From an uncultured Gammaproteobacteria bacterium (GTDB lineage: Bacteria > Pseudomonadota > Gammaproteobacteria > JAURND01), in the NCBI GenBank assembly GCA_963714975.1, contig CAVQQD010000003.1, positions 448,001 through 512,000 of the forward strand: a DNA stretch of 64,000 nucleotides. The letters are read 5' to 3'. Every line of letters begins with the position of its first letter. Positions within the stretch are counted from its first letter, which is position 1. The notes beneath the pieces are model-generated. The model was not told the DNA's origin. It worked only from the letters and a program-made list of their open reading frames with translations, and ran no database searches. A program made the position numbers and the translations under genes. Of the stretch, positions 41,197 through 51,579 are shown piece by piece.

Positions 41197-41388
41197 ATAA
41201 ACTGTTCAAAAGATTTTCCAAATTCTGGAGTATTTTGTGCTGGCTTGCGTTGCGCTAAATAATTAGTGACACCAATATCGAATAAATAGAATTTTTCAGT
41301 TTCTATCAGCCTTTTTTCTTGGACCCCAGAGGAAAGCAGATTTATCTGCAGGTAACGTTATATTAAGGAGTCGAGATTTAATGTCCAT
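41197..41388 (-). pseudogene. 5' fragment of a DUF4143 AAA ATPase gene with a large internal deletion
   Basis: MDIKSRLL..AFLWGPRK, then in another frame KFYLFDIGV..GKSFEQFI. Confidence 0.8.
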
Positions 41389-41389
41389 G

Positions 41390-41419
41390 CAGGGCATTTT
41401 ATCCGGATAAAGTGCCCTG
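41390..41419. promoter_or_regulatory. Palindromic operator candidate (TATCCGGATA core)
   Basis: CAGGGCATTTTATCCGGATAAAGTGCCCTG, one mismatch from a perfect palindrome. Confidence 0.6.
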
Positions 41420-41686
41420 TCAAGGAATAATTGCAAGACGACGGGCTGCCCAAGAAATTCCTTGACAAGTGGTTTAACTATTTACTAAAGTACACACACG
41501 TTAAGGTTTAATTAAATTGCATGGAAAATTTCTCATTATCTACACTTAAGCATCAAGTAATTGGTGTTTTTAAGCATATCAGCTAAGGACAGGCACTTAG
41601 GTGCGTGTTAACTACCTCTCAATCTTCATTGAAAGTAGTGACATTCGAACGAAATTAAAAATTAAAATCATGAGGTTGTCATAGCT

Positions 41687-43285
41687 ATGGAAACTGATCG
41701 AAAACTATTTCAATATTTAGAAAAACTAGTCAAGCAAAGCCATGAAGTTTTCTGGATTCGCAATGCTGACTATTCAAAACAACTCTATATTAATCCCGCC
41801 TATGAAACAGTTTGGGGGAGGACTTGCGAAAATTTATACCAAAACCCTGCTGAATTTATCGATACGATTCTTCCCGAAGATAGGCAAAAGCTCGAGGAAG
41901 ACATAGCGAAAAGAAATCCTGAAGTTTCTCCAGGGGATAATTTTTTTACTGCCTATCGAATAGCCCGCCCTGATGGAGAAATTCGTTGGATAGAAGATGA
42001 AAGTTTCGCCATTTTTGATGATGTAGGGCAGCACTTAGGTTTTGCCGGGACTGCGATAGATATTACTGAAAAGAAAAAGAAAGAGATTGAACTTAGCGAG
42101 GCTAAAGAAGTCGCTGAAGCTTCCGATCGGGCTAAGTCCGAGTTTATTCAAAACATGAGCCACGATGTCAAAACGCCGTTGGCGGGCATTACTTCAATGG
42201 CGGATAGGATTGGCAGGCAACTTGAGGAGCCCGAAGACCTCGAAGATAATTATGAGAATGTACAGATGATTAAAAATTCAGTCAGGGAATTGATCGAATT
42301 TTTTATGAATTGTTTAGAGATGGTGCGGATTGAAACCGGAGAGGTGGCGCTAGCCAATGAAAATTTCAATCCCCAAAAAATAATGAATCAGCTCGTCGAG
42401 ATATTGACCCCTTCCATGAAACAGAAAGGCTTAGGATTTAATGTCACTTATGATCACAATATCCCTGAAATGGTTTATGCCAGCGGGCCTGGATTTTATC
42501 GGATTCTTTTAAATTTATTAGGCAACGCGATTAAATTTACCGAAGAAGGGACGATAGCGGTGGACATTCTGTTGCAGAAAAATCCCGAGTCAGATAAGGA
42601 TGATCTTTGTTTAAAAATCCGCGATACCGGTATGGGCATTCCCCAAGAAAAAATCGCGACTATTTTCGAGCGCTTTACGCGCTTGACGCCTTCCTATGAA
42701 GGCAAATTTGAGGGCCATGGGATTGGGCTTTATATTGTGCATAAATTTGTCACCTTGATGGGAGGGAAAATTGATGTGAGCAGCGAACTGGGCAAGGGTA
42801 GTTGCTTCACCATCACCTTTCCTTTTCTACCCGCCAAGGCATTCCTTAAACCGAGAGCAGTCACGCCTAAGTTTACCAAGCTAGCTCCCCTTGGGGATGC
42901 CTCTAGTGAGGGTGAGGAGACTGGTCCGCGTATTTTGCTGGTCGAGGATAATCGGATGGCTCAAAAAGGCGTGGAATCGATACTCACGCATTTAGGGTAT
43001 AAGCTCGATATTGTGGATACAGGTAAGAAAGCCCTAGATATTTTTGAATTGGATAAATATGTGCTGATTATTACCGATATTGGATTAGATGATATGAGTG
43101 GGACGACGGTAGCAGCGCATATTCGTACTGTAGAAAAGGGTCGAAAAAATCCCGTGCCGATTGTGGCTCTGACAGCCCACAATCTTAAAAAAATTGAAGC
43201 AGCGTGTCAGGCAGCAGGCATTAATGGGGTGCTGGAAAAGCCTCTGACTGAGGAACTAGCCAAGGAGGTGCTGGATCTTTTTTGA
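41687..43285 (+). CDS. PAS-domain hybrid histidine kinase/response regulator
   Basis: PAS, SHDVKTPL H-box, NAIKFT, DTGMGI, GIGL, receiver domain. Confidence 0.95.
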   Translation: METDRKLFQYLEKLVKQSHEVFWIRNADYSKQLYINPAYETVWGRTCENLYQNPAEFIDTILPEDRQKLEEDIAKRNPEVSPGDNFFTAYRIARPDGEIRWIEDESFAIFDDVGQHLGFAGTAIDITEKKKKEIELSEAKEVAEASDRAKSEFIQNMSHDVKTPLAGITSMADRIGRQLEEPEDLEDNYENVQMIKNSVRELIEFFMNCLEMVRIETGEVALANENFNPQKIMNQLVEILTPSMKQKGLGFNVTYDHNIPEMVYASGPGFYRILLNLLGNAIKFTEEGTIAVDILLQKNPESDKDDLCLKIRDTGMGIPQEKIATIFERFTRLTPSYEGKFEGHGIGLYIVHKFVTLMGGKIDVSSELGKGSCFTITFPFLPAKAFLKPRAVTPKFTKLAPLGDASSEGEETGPRILLVEDNRMAQKGVESILTHLGYKLDIVDTGKKALDIFELDKYVLIITDIGLDDMSGTTVAAHIRTVEKGRKNPVPIVALTAHNLKKIEAACQAAGINGVLEKPLTEELAKEVLDLF

Positions 43286-43365
43286 AAAAGTAAAGTTCTA
43301 AGAGGTACGGATGGTGATACGAGGGAGGACCCCAGTTTAGATATGACAATTAAAGGAGGGGGCTT

Positions 43366-46287
43366 GTGTTACACCAAGTGTTTGAAGAAGTTGCTAGAAA
43401 TTATCCTGACAATATTGCTTTACAATTTGAAGATCAAAAACCTTATACCTATAAACAACTCAACGCATTTGCCAATCAGTTAGCACGTGAATTTTTGGCC
43501 CAAGGGATAAAGTTGCAAGAGTTTGTCCCAGTAATGTTGGAGCGTTCGGCGGAACAGGTCGTTGTTTTATTAGCATTATCCAAAATAGGGGCTGTCTATG
43601 TTCCAGTGACGCCAGAACAGCCCACTCGGTTGCAACAAATTTTGACGGATTGTAAACCTTCTCATCTCATTGTAAGCCGTCGTTCCACTTCCTCTCCTCC
43701 TGCGCTGAGTACTATTTGTATGGCTGAGCTAACAGCAGGCATCGCCAAACAACCTGCTAGCAATCTAAACCAAAGAGGACTGCATGAAGATTTAATTTGC
43801 TATGTGGCTGGTTCATCAGGGACTACAGGTAGAACCAAATTCATGCCATTGTGCCATAGAGGTTTGACAGAATATTGGTCACGAAATCTTGCTGTTGAAT
43901 TGCGGCATCAACCCACTCATGTTTTAGCGAATTGTTCTGCAGATTTTGATGCCCATATTTGGGAATATTTGATGGCGTGGGTGTTTGGCGCATTACTACA
44001 AGTTACCGCAGAAGAGACGCGAAAAAATGCGTTAATGCTTGCAGAATTTATCAAGAAGCATCGTATTACTGATATGACCTTAACGCCAGCGGTGTTGCGG
44101 GAATTTAATGATGCACAATTTGCAGCGTTTGCTCGGAGTGGATTAAAAGCGATTTATTCAACTGGCGATGCGTGTACGCGGGAAATTGTCAGCAAGTGTG
44201 AGCGCTATGGTATAAAAATTTATAATTGTTACGGCCCCACTGAAACTACATTTGGCTTGTCCATGCTCCTGTGTAGCGAACGAAATTTTCACCAAAACTT
44301 AGCGCCTATTGCCTTGCCTCCTCCTGATAGTAAGGTAAGCGTTAAAATAGTTGATGACTTGGGTAAGGAAGTTCCAGAAGGTATGCCAGGAGAATTAGTG
44401 ATTATTTCTCCCTATATTTGTGGGGTAAACGCTAAACCTGGCTACTTGAATCAAGAAAGTACGCAGTTTAAAAAACTACCTGGTGGCTTTGTGGCCTATC
44501 ATACGGGTGATAAGTTCGTCAGACAAAACGGATACTTATATTACCAGGGAAGAAACGGTCACCTTTCTAATGTCAAAATACGTGGCCAATTAGTAGATCC
44601 AAAAGGCACGGAGGAAGTATTGCGTGGCTTCCCTAAGATCAAAGATGTCTATGTCACGGTTGAAGCTAATCCTAGCAAAGAATCGGTATTAGTGGCTTAT
44701 ATTGTTGCTGATGGGGTTCCTAGTCTTACCGCATTAAGACAATTTTGTTATACAGCGGGATTATCAACAGCGTCCATTCCTCAATTTCGTTATGTTCAAA
44801 AATTTCCATTGAATAATAGCGGCAAGGTTGATGGAAATGCTTTAGCAGCGTCATTTGTTCCGGTGTTGAGAGAGACCAGTTTAGCTTGTGAAAAACCCAG
44901 CACGCAGTTAGAGCGACGCTTAACAGCCGTGTGGGAAGAGGTGCTGAAAATTGATCCTAAATTTAAAGTTACTATTGGCACCCAAGACCCCTTTGCTTAT
45001 TTAGGTGGCGATTCCATTAAGTTGATGGGGTTGTTGCGCAAAATACAAGAAGTTTTTGGTGTCAATCCTGTGGTTACGCAGATGGGGTCGTTAGAGGAAT
45101 TAACTATCCATAAACTAGCACGCTTAATTAGAGTAGAACTAAGCATAAAAACAGCAAAGAACAGCATAAAGCTATTAAAGGAAGGTGACTTTCAATTACC
45201 ACCCTTGTTTTTATTGTCTCCTATTACAGGAGAATCTTCTGTAACCTATACGGATTTAGCAAAGGAGTTAAAAACAACGCGAAGAATTTATGCTATTAAT
45301 TGTTCTGAACTGGTTTCTTCTGAATTAATGCCTAATTCAATTCCAGAATTAGGCAAGCTTTATCTGGATTTAATTCGGAGAGTCCAACCCCAGGGTAAAT
45401 TGCACATTGCCGGCTGGTCCTCAGGCGGATTGCTTGCTGCTGAAGTTGCAGCACAAGAGGGTTCTTGTTTTTTAGCGATTATTGACGAAATATGTCCGAC
45501 GATTGGCATGGCAACTAAGACCAACCAAGCATTTTCTCAAGAGTTATTACAGCTGATGGATTATTTTAGCGAATTGTATGATTTTTCACTGGACGTAGAT
45601 CGGGCTAAGTTAGCAACGCTAACCAAGGAACAACAAATTCAGCATGTCTTTAGTAAGATTCCAGAGCAAGATGAAACCCGTAGGTTATTATTACTCTATG
45701 TGAAGAAATTTTTGCTGATGAGTTTAACTTATCAGCCAACGGAAATTACTAAGGCAGATACGGTTGTTTTTAGCTCGCTATCCTCACGAAATAGTACCAC
45801 TTCAAAGACATTAGGCTGGGAAAAATTAATTAAGCAAGCTCGTTATATCGATTTAGATGGCAATCATTTTAATATTATAGAAAAACCCCAACAATTAACT
45901 GCGCAATTACAACCTTTCTTGCAATCTATTGACGCTTTTAAACGGGAGGTTCAACAACGATTATATGTGATTCAAGTGAAATCTTCTGTACTTGAAGAAA
46001 GTAAAGCAAACCTCATTATGAGGAAAGTAACCGTGGAATTAACCCCGCTCTTGCGTAAATTGGAAGAGTTGGGCGAGGGTGAAGATCGCTTATTAAAAGA
46101 AAAAATTAGCGTAAAATTGGTTGAAATTGAAAAAATTCTATCCCAAAATTTGCTCCATCCCGTGCAAAAACAAGGGTTTTTCAAGGTAGCATTTCCTAAT
46201 AATGATTCGGATAAAAGGTTTATCCCTGCACCACAGAAGTTTATCCCAACACCACGGACTCCCACGGGTTTACAATCGAAATTGTAA
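43366..46287 (+). CDS. Stand-alone NRPS-like protein (A-T-TE)
   Basis: SSGTTG, FDA, YGPTE, YHTGD, SGKVD; LGGDSI carrier site; GWSSGG thioesterase. Confidence 0.9.
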   Translation: MLHQVFEEVARNYPDNIALQFEDQKPYTYKQLNAFANQLAREFLAQGIKLQEFVPVMLERSAEQVVVLLALSKIGAVYVPVTPEQPTRLQQILTDCKPSHLIVSRRSTSSPPALSTICMAELTAGIAKQPASNLNQRGLHEDLICYVAGSSGTTGRTKFMPLCHRGLTEYWSRNLAVELRHQPTHVLANCSADFDAHIWEYLMAWVFGALLQVTAEETRKNALMLAEFIKKHRITDMTLTPAVLREFNDAQFAAFARSGLKAIYSTGDACTREIVSKCERYGIKIYNCYGPTETTFGLSMLLCSERNFHQNLAPIALPPPDSKVSVKIVDDLGKEVPEGMPGELVIISPYICGVNAKPGYLNQESTQFKKLPGGFVAYHTGDKFVRQNGYLYYQGRNGHLSNVKIRGQLVDPKGTEEVLRGFPKIKDVYVTVEANPSKESVLVAYIVADGVPSLTALRQFCYTAGLSTASIPQFRYVQKFPLNNSGKVDGNALAASFVPVLRETSLACEKPSTQLERRLTAVWEEVLKIDPKFKVTIGTQDPFAYLGGDSIKLMGLLRKIQEVFGVNPVVTQMGSLEELTIHKLARLIRVELSIKTAKNSIKLLKEGDFQLPPLFLLSPITGESSVTYTDLAKELKTTRRIYAINCSELVSSELMPNSIPELGKLYLDLIRRVQPQGKLHIAGWSSGGLLAAEVAAQEGSCFLAIIDEICPTIGMATKTNQAFSQELLQLMDYFSELYDFSLDVDRAKLATLTKEQQIQHVFSKIPEQDETRRLLLLYVKKFLLMSLTYQPTEITKADTVVFSSLSSRNSTTSKTLGWEKLIKQARYIDLDGNHFNIIEKPQQLTAQLQPFLQSIDAFKREVQQRLYVIQVKSSVLEESKANLIMRKVTVELTPLLRKLEELGEGEDRLLKEKISVKLVEIEKILSQNLLHPVQKQGFFKVAFPNNDSDKRFIPAPQKFIPTPRTPTGLQSKL

Positions 46288-46319
46288 GGGCAGAAATCCT
46301 TTCTGCAGAAAACCGCTGT

Positions 46320-46368
46320 CTACGTCGTCCCGCTCCCGCGACTTGATCGCGGGAGCGAGACGACGTAG
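46320..46368. repeat. Palindromic repeat, family E-like
   Basis: CTACGTCGTCCCGCTCCCGCGA..TCGCGGGAGCGAGACGACGTAG. Confidence 0.75.
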
Positions 46369-46526
46369 GGGCTAATTGACGAGCGCAATTTTTCGTCAGC
46401 ACTTTGGGCTTAAGCAAGGTGTTGTATTAAATTTTCCCAGGAAATTTCATGAAACATACTATGTCAGACTCAGTTAACTTTTGTGCACGGCCGTGCACAA
46501 AAGTTTAAATTGAACTGAGGCTGGAC

Positions 46527-46640
46527 ATGAATAAAGAAATTTCTTTAACGGACTACCAAGAAGTAGTTAAAAAAGCTACCAAAGTTATTTTGACTGTTCA
46601 AGAACATTTTCTAAGACAAAGCAATCAAACTAGTATTATT
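46527..46640 (+). pseudogene. Probable N-terminal remnant of a DUF1016/YhcG-like gene, cut by a family D repeat
   Basis: RBS plus MNKEISLTDYQEVV..RQSNQTSI; family resemblance judged by eye only. Confidence 0.4.
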
Positions 46641-46785
46641 CCAGCAATTCCCGCTGATGCCCTGATCCCTGACGGGTCCTGCCGCTGCGGCACCCCACCG
46701 TGCTCGTTCCTGCGCGCGTTGGGGTGCCCCGCAGCCGGCGGCAGGAGACCCGGTCGGGGATCAGGGCATCAGCGGGAATTGCTGG
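46641..46785. repeat. Complete family D palindromic repeat
   Basis: Long terminal IR CCAGCAATTCCCGCTGATGCCCTGATCCC..GGGATCAGGGCATCAGCGGGAATTGCTGG. Confidence 0.9.
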
Positions 46786-46839
46786 CCCGAGGCGGCACTT
46801 ATGTACATCATTTCCAGCAAATGCTAACCTTGCGCCACT

Positions 46840-48705
46840 ATGAATTTTACGCAAACATTTGATGTCATTGTTATTGGCGGTGGGCACGCGGGTACTGAAG
46901 CAGCTTTGGCGGCAGCGCGGATGGGGGCGCACACTTTATTATTAACTCATAATATTGAGACCTTGGGGCAGATGTCTTGCAATCCCGCTATAGGGGGGAT
47001 TGGCAAGGGACATTTGGTCAAGGAGATTGATGCCCTCGGGGGTGTCATGGCGCAAGCTGCTGATTTGGCCGGAATACAATTTCGGATTCTGAATGCGAGT
47101 AAAGGTCCAGCAGTGCGTGCTACCCGTGCCCAGGCTGATCGGGCCTTATATAAACAAGCCATCCGTCGCTTATTGGAAAATCAGCCGAATCTTTCACTCT
47201 TTCAACAAGCAGTGGATGATTTACTCATTGAGCAAAATCAGGTGACTGGCGTAGTCACGCAACTGGGCTTGGTATTCCGGTCGCGAACGGTGGTGCTAAC
47301 GGCTGGCACTTTCCTAGCTGGCCATATTCATGTCGGTGATCGCCATTATCAAGGAGGTCGGGCCGGTGATCCGCCTGCTAATAGCTTAGCACAACGCTTA
47401 CGTGAATTACCTTTTCGGGTGGATCGATTAAAAACCGGCACACCGCCTCGCATTGATATACGCAGCATTGATCTGTCGCAAATGCAGGAACAACCGGGTG
47501 ATTTGCCTACGCCGGTGTTTTCTTTTTTGGGCAATGAGCAACAACATCCTGAGCAAGTTTCTTGCTATATTACTCACACCTGTGTGCAAACTCATGACAT
47601 TATTCGCAGCAGCTTGGATCGTTCGCCCTTATATACCGGACAAATTGTGGGCATCGGCCCGCGATATTGCCCGTCGATTGAAGACAAAGTGATGCGATTT
47701 GCTGAGAAGCTATCGCATCAAATTTTTGTGGAGCCCGAGGGTTTGACGACTCAAGAGGTTTACCCGAATGGCATCTCCACCAGTCTCCCCTTTGATGTCC
47801 AACTAGCCTTTGTTCGCAGCATTAAGGGATTTGCCAATGCCCATATTACCCGTCCCGGCTATGCAATCGAATATGATTTTTTTGATCCTCGTGATTTGAC
47901 CCCTTGGTTGGAAACGAAATGGATTAGCAATTTATTTTTTGCGGGACAAATTAATGGTACCACCGGTTATGAAGAAGCGGCGGCCCAAGGTTTAATTGCT
48001 GGCCTGAATGCTGCTTTGCGGGTCCAAGAGCGCGAGCCTTGGTACCCACGGCGAGATCAGGCCTATCTGGGTGTTTTGATTGACGATTTGATTACCAGTG
48101 GGACCAAAGAGCCGTATCGCATGTTTACCAGCCGTGCGGAGTTTCGTTTAAGCTTGCGGGAAGACAATGCCGATTTACGCTTAACTGAAATTGGCTATCG
48201 TTTAGGTTTGGTCGATGAGCGGCGTTGGCAAGCATTTTCAGCCAAGCAAGAAGCGATTGTCCGCGAACAACAACGGTTGCAAGCCCTGTGGATTCGTCCC
48301 GGTACGACAGAGGCAGCGCATTTGGCTACGCAAACGGGCCAACTACTTGAGCGCGAATGTCGCGCCTTGGAGCTATTGCGACGGCCTGAAATTGATTATG
48401 CATTGCTTTGGCAGTTGGATAGTGTTAAGGACGAAGAATTATCGCCGCAGGTTGCTCAGCAGGTGGAAATTCAGGCCAAATATGCCGGCTATATTCAAAG
48501 ACAGGCAGCGGAAATTGATCGTCAACGGCGTCATGAAGAAACCCGCTTACCCGCGGACATAGATTATGGAAAGATCCCCGGCTTATCCACAGAAGTACGG
48601 CAAAAATTACAAGCAGTTCGTCCTCTGACCCTAGGACAAGCGGCGAGAATTCCTGGTATTACCCCAGCGGCCATTTCTATTTTGTTGGTATACATGAAAA
48701 GATAA
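46840..48705 (+). CDS. mnmG: tRNA uridine 5-carboxymethylaminomethyl modification enzyme
   Basis: [42 protein letters not shown]. Confidence 0.98.
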   Translation: MNFTQTFDVIVIGGGHAGTEAALAAARMGAHTLLLTHNIETLGQMSCNPAIGGIGKGHLVKEIDALGGVMAQAADLAGIQFRILNASKGPAVRATRAQADRALYKQAIRRLLENQPNLSLFQQAVDDLLIEQNQVTGVVTQLGLVFRSRTVVLTAGTFLAGHIHVGDRHYQGGRAGDPPANSLAQRLRELPFRVDRLKTGTPPRIDIRSIDLSQMQEQPGDLPTPVFSFLGNEQQHPEQVSCYITHTCVQTHDIIRSSLDRSPLYTGQIVGIGPRYCPSIEDKVMRFAEKLSHQIFVEPEGLTTQEVYPNGISTSLPFDVQLAFVRSIKGFANAHITRPGYAIEYDFFDPRDLTPWLETKWISNLFFAGQINGTTGYEEAAAQGLIAGLNAALRVQEREPWYPRRDQAYLGVLIDDLITSGTKEPYRMFTSRAEFRLSLREDNADLRLTEIGYRLGLVDERRWQAFSAKQEAIVREQQRLQALWIRPGTTEAAHLATQTGQLLERECRALELLRRPEIDYALLWQLDSVKDEELSPQVAQQVEIQAKYAGYIQRQAAEIDRQRRHEETRLPADIDYGKIPGLSTEVRQKLQAVRPLTLGQAARIPGITPAAISILLVYMKR

Positions 48706-48726
48706 AAGGGTGACTCCCCAGGTGTT

Positions 48727-48901
48727 ATACCCATTGCACTTCAAGATGCTGTCTTTTTAGCATCTTGAAGTGCGGCAAGGCGATGGGAGATTCTTAAGAG
48801 GGAAAATCGCCATTTTCCCTCTTAAGTGGCTGTTGCAAGCTTTGCTTGCGACAGTCATATTTAAAAAATTATACCCAGCGCCTTCAAAGGCGATGGGTAT
48901 A
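48727..48901. repeat. MITE-like multi-hairpin element
   Basis: Terminal IR TATACCCATTGC..GCGATGGGTATA enclosing three internal IRs. Confidence 0.65.
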
Positions 48902-48921
48902 TCCCGAGCGAACGTTCAGTG

Positions 48922-50109
48922 CTATCTGGTTTTTGCACCCACATTTAACTCTATCATGCTGTTTAAATCGGTGTTAAATTGTCTGAGGGATTCATTGCCC
49001 ACCTGCGTATCTTGAAAAACTGTACTGAGCCCAGCAAAATCGGTAATGATAGGAAGTAACGGATTGATACTATTGGAGAGTGTTTTATCTTCCAAGTAAG
49101 CATCCTGAGCGCGCAATAATGTTAGAAGGGCAATGGCACATTGAAACCTAGGGGTATAAGGATCGCATTTATTTAAACTTTCTAATACCTCTTGCTCTGT
49201 GCCTTTATTCAATGTATCACAGGTGCTAAGAAGAGAATACTCAGAAAAAATTCCATACTTTACAACAGCTTCAAATTGATGCCGATTTTTTTTACTTGGA
49301 ACGATTAATGCCAAAGGCCTCGCGTAACAATCACCACTAATAACTTTATAACCTGGAAAGGGAACGTTAACATAGAATGTACTAGGAAATAACCCAAAAA
49401 TTTCGGAATATTCAGTAGGATTAACTGCATTCGCTTCCTTCCATTCCTTAGGAATTCGTCTTAAAATGAATTTTTGCTCACAATCCTCTGAGTTTAATTG
49501 TTCAATGAGAGCAGACACTTTATGATCTTTTAATGGAATTGTTTGTAAACAAAATTCTTGATACCTAGCAATTAAAGCTTTTTCATGGATTTTCATGTTT
49601 GTATCATTATAGTAACCATTGTTGAGATCTAAGGGGATATTTGGAACAGGTTCAATGGCTACAACCTGTAATTCTCCGATTCTATTTAGCAATACCCTGC
49701 CTCGATGTTTTGTATATATATGGACAAGGTAAATCACTGGAGAAAAAACCACGGTTAATATTGCAGCCGGGATATACAATAGCATGCATTTGAAAAAAAG
49801 CTCCAAAGCTTGACCAAGTTTAGGGAGCAATTTGCTTACCAGTTTTGATAGTCCTAGAACAATGCACAAAACCAGGGATAAAAGAATTTCTAGAATACCG
49901 TACATAGGAGGAGGCGGAACAGGAAAAATTTTTTGAAGCTTGTATCCCATAGAAGTAGGTGCAAGATAAAGAATTTCAGTAAATTGCTTATCAAAGCCGC
50001 TAAAAAAGAAAAAACAATTTTTCAAGCGATTAGAGAACAATCGACGATAAAATGATCTGTGACTAGTTAACGGGTTGAAAATAACAAAAGGATGATGGCG
50101 CAATTGCAT
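48922..50109 (-). CDS. Hypothetical 2-TM protein, paralog A (effector-like)
   Basis: Extensive identity blocks shared with 50345-51487. Confidence 0.8.
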   Translation of the reverse strand: MQLRHHPFVIFNPLTSHRSFYRRLFSNRLKNCFFFFSGFDKQFTEILYLAPTSMGYKLQKIFPVPPPPMYGILEILLSLVLCIVLGLSKLVSKLLPKLGQALELFFKCMLLYIPAAILTVVFSPVIYLVHIYTKHRGRVLLNRIGELQVVAIEPVPNIPLDLNNGYYNDTNMKIHEKALIARYQEFCLQTIPLKDHKVSALIEQLNSEDCEQKFILRRIPKEWKEANAVNPTEYSEIFGLFPSTFYVNVPFPGYKVISGDCYARPLALIVPSKKNRHQFEAVVKYGIFSEYSLLSTCDTLNKGTEQEVLESLNKCDPYTPRFQCAIALLTLLRAQDAYLEDKTLSNSINPLLPIITDFAGLSTVFQDTQVGNESLRQFNTDLNSMIELNVGAKTR

Positions 50110-50344
50110 AGTTGTTTCTCCAGGAAATAGCGCATAGATTGATACTCTGCTAGTACATTAACTGAATGCTAACTTTAGCCTTCTTAGCAAGGATTATCTC
50201 ATGAGAAATCAACCCAGAGCAATTGCAGGAAATATTAATCTGGTTGCAGACTATAGCGGGCGAGAATTCCTGGTATTATCCCAGCGGCCATTTCTATTTT
50301 GTTGGTGTATATGAAAAGATGAAAAAATAGATAGAATTTTTCAT

Positions 50345-51487
50345 TTAATGGAATTTTTGTTCCTGTAACTGAATCGTCCTGTCTAAGTTGTTATTAAATT
50401 GTCTAAGGGATTCATTGGCCTGCTCGTCAGTACCTTGTTGATTATGAACTGTAGAGAACCCAGCAAAATCGGTAATAAAAGGAAGCAATGGATTGATATT
50501 GTTGCGTATTGTACTATCCTCCAAGGAAGTATCCCGAGCACGCAATAAAGTGAGAAGGGCACCTTGAAGCTTAGGAATATAAGGATCAGAATGATTTAAA
50601 CTCTGTAAGACATCCTGCTCTGCATGTTCATTCAATATCTCCTGGCTCGTAGAATGAGTACGAGTATAATTAGAAAAAATGCCATAGTTTAGAACAGCTT
50701 CAAATTCATGCCGATTTTTTTTACTCGGAACAACTAAAGCCAAAGGCCTGGCATAACCAGCATTAGAAGTTGTATAACCTGGAATAAGGTTTTGGAAGTA
50801 CTGGTAATATTCACCAGGAAATAACCCAAAAATCTCGGAATATTCGGTCTGATTATCTTCATCATCCCCTTCCTTCCTTTCCTTAGGAATTCGCTTTAAA
50901 ACAAATTTTTCCTCAAAATCATCTGAGTCTAAGTGTTCAACGAGAGCAGTTGTTCTATGATCTTTTAATGGAATTGTTTGTAAACAAAATTCTTGATACC
51001 TATGAATTAATTCTTTTTCATAAGGCTGTAGGCTTGCGTTATCAGCGGACCCAAAGTGGTTCTCTATATGTGAATCGGGTTCCATGGGTACTACCTGTAA
51101 TTCTCTAATCCTATTAATCAATATCCGGCCTCGATATTGTGTCAATTTATGAACAAGGTAAATCACTGGAGAAAAAACCACGGTTAATATTGCAGCCGGG
51201 ATGTACAATAGCATGCATTTGAAAAAAAACTCCATGGCCTTACCAATCCTAGGGAACAATCTTCTTATCAGTTTTGATAGTCCTAGAACAAGGTACAAAA
51301 CGGGGAATAAAAGAATTTCTAGAATGCCATATATAGGGCCTACAGTAAATTTATAAAAACCACCTTCCTTGAGACCGCTCAAAAAAACAAAACTATTCCT
51401 CAAGCGATTGAAGAATGTCCTACGATAAAATGATCGTGCATTAGATGACGAGGTAAAAACGGAAAAAGGATGACCTCGCAATGCCAT
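50345..51487 (-). CDS. Hypothetical 2-TM protein, paralog B (effector-like)
   Basis: Shares FFKCMLLYIPAAILTVVFSPVIYLVH and YQEFCLQTIPLKDH with paralog A. Confidence 0.8.
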   Translation of the reverse strand: MALRGHPFSVFTSSSNARSFYRRTFFNRLRNSFVFLSGLKEGGFYKFTVGPIYGILEILLFPVLYLVLGLSKLIRRLFPRIGKAMEFFFKCMLLYIPAAILTVVFSPVIYLVHKLTQYRGRILINRIRELQVVPMEPDSHIENHFGSADNASLQPYEKELIHRYQEFCLQTIPLKDHRTTALVEHLDSDDFEEKFVLKRIPKERKEGDDEDNQTEYSEIFGLFPGEYYQYFQNLIPGYTTSNAGYARPLALVVPSKKNRHEFEAVLNYGIFSNYTRTHSTSQEILNEHAEQDVLQSLNHSDPYIPKLQGALLTLLRARDTSLEDSTIRNNINPLLPFITDFAGFSTVHNQQGTDEQANESLRQFNNNLDRTIQLQEQKFH

Positions 51488-51579
51488 AATTGTCTCCAAA
51501 AAATAGAGCCTTGATTGAGAAACTCTATCCTAGTACATTAACTGCGTTTTAACCTATGTCCTATGGCAAGGATTATCTC

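Noticed and set aside
46441-46456. parS site (AATTTCATGAAACA)
   Set aside because: Lacks the central CG and the left arm of TGTTTCACGTGAAACA
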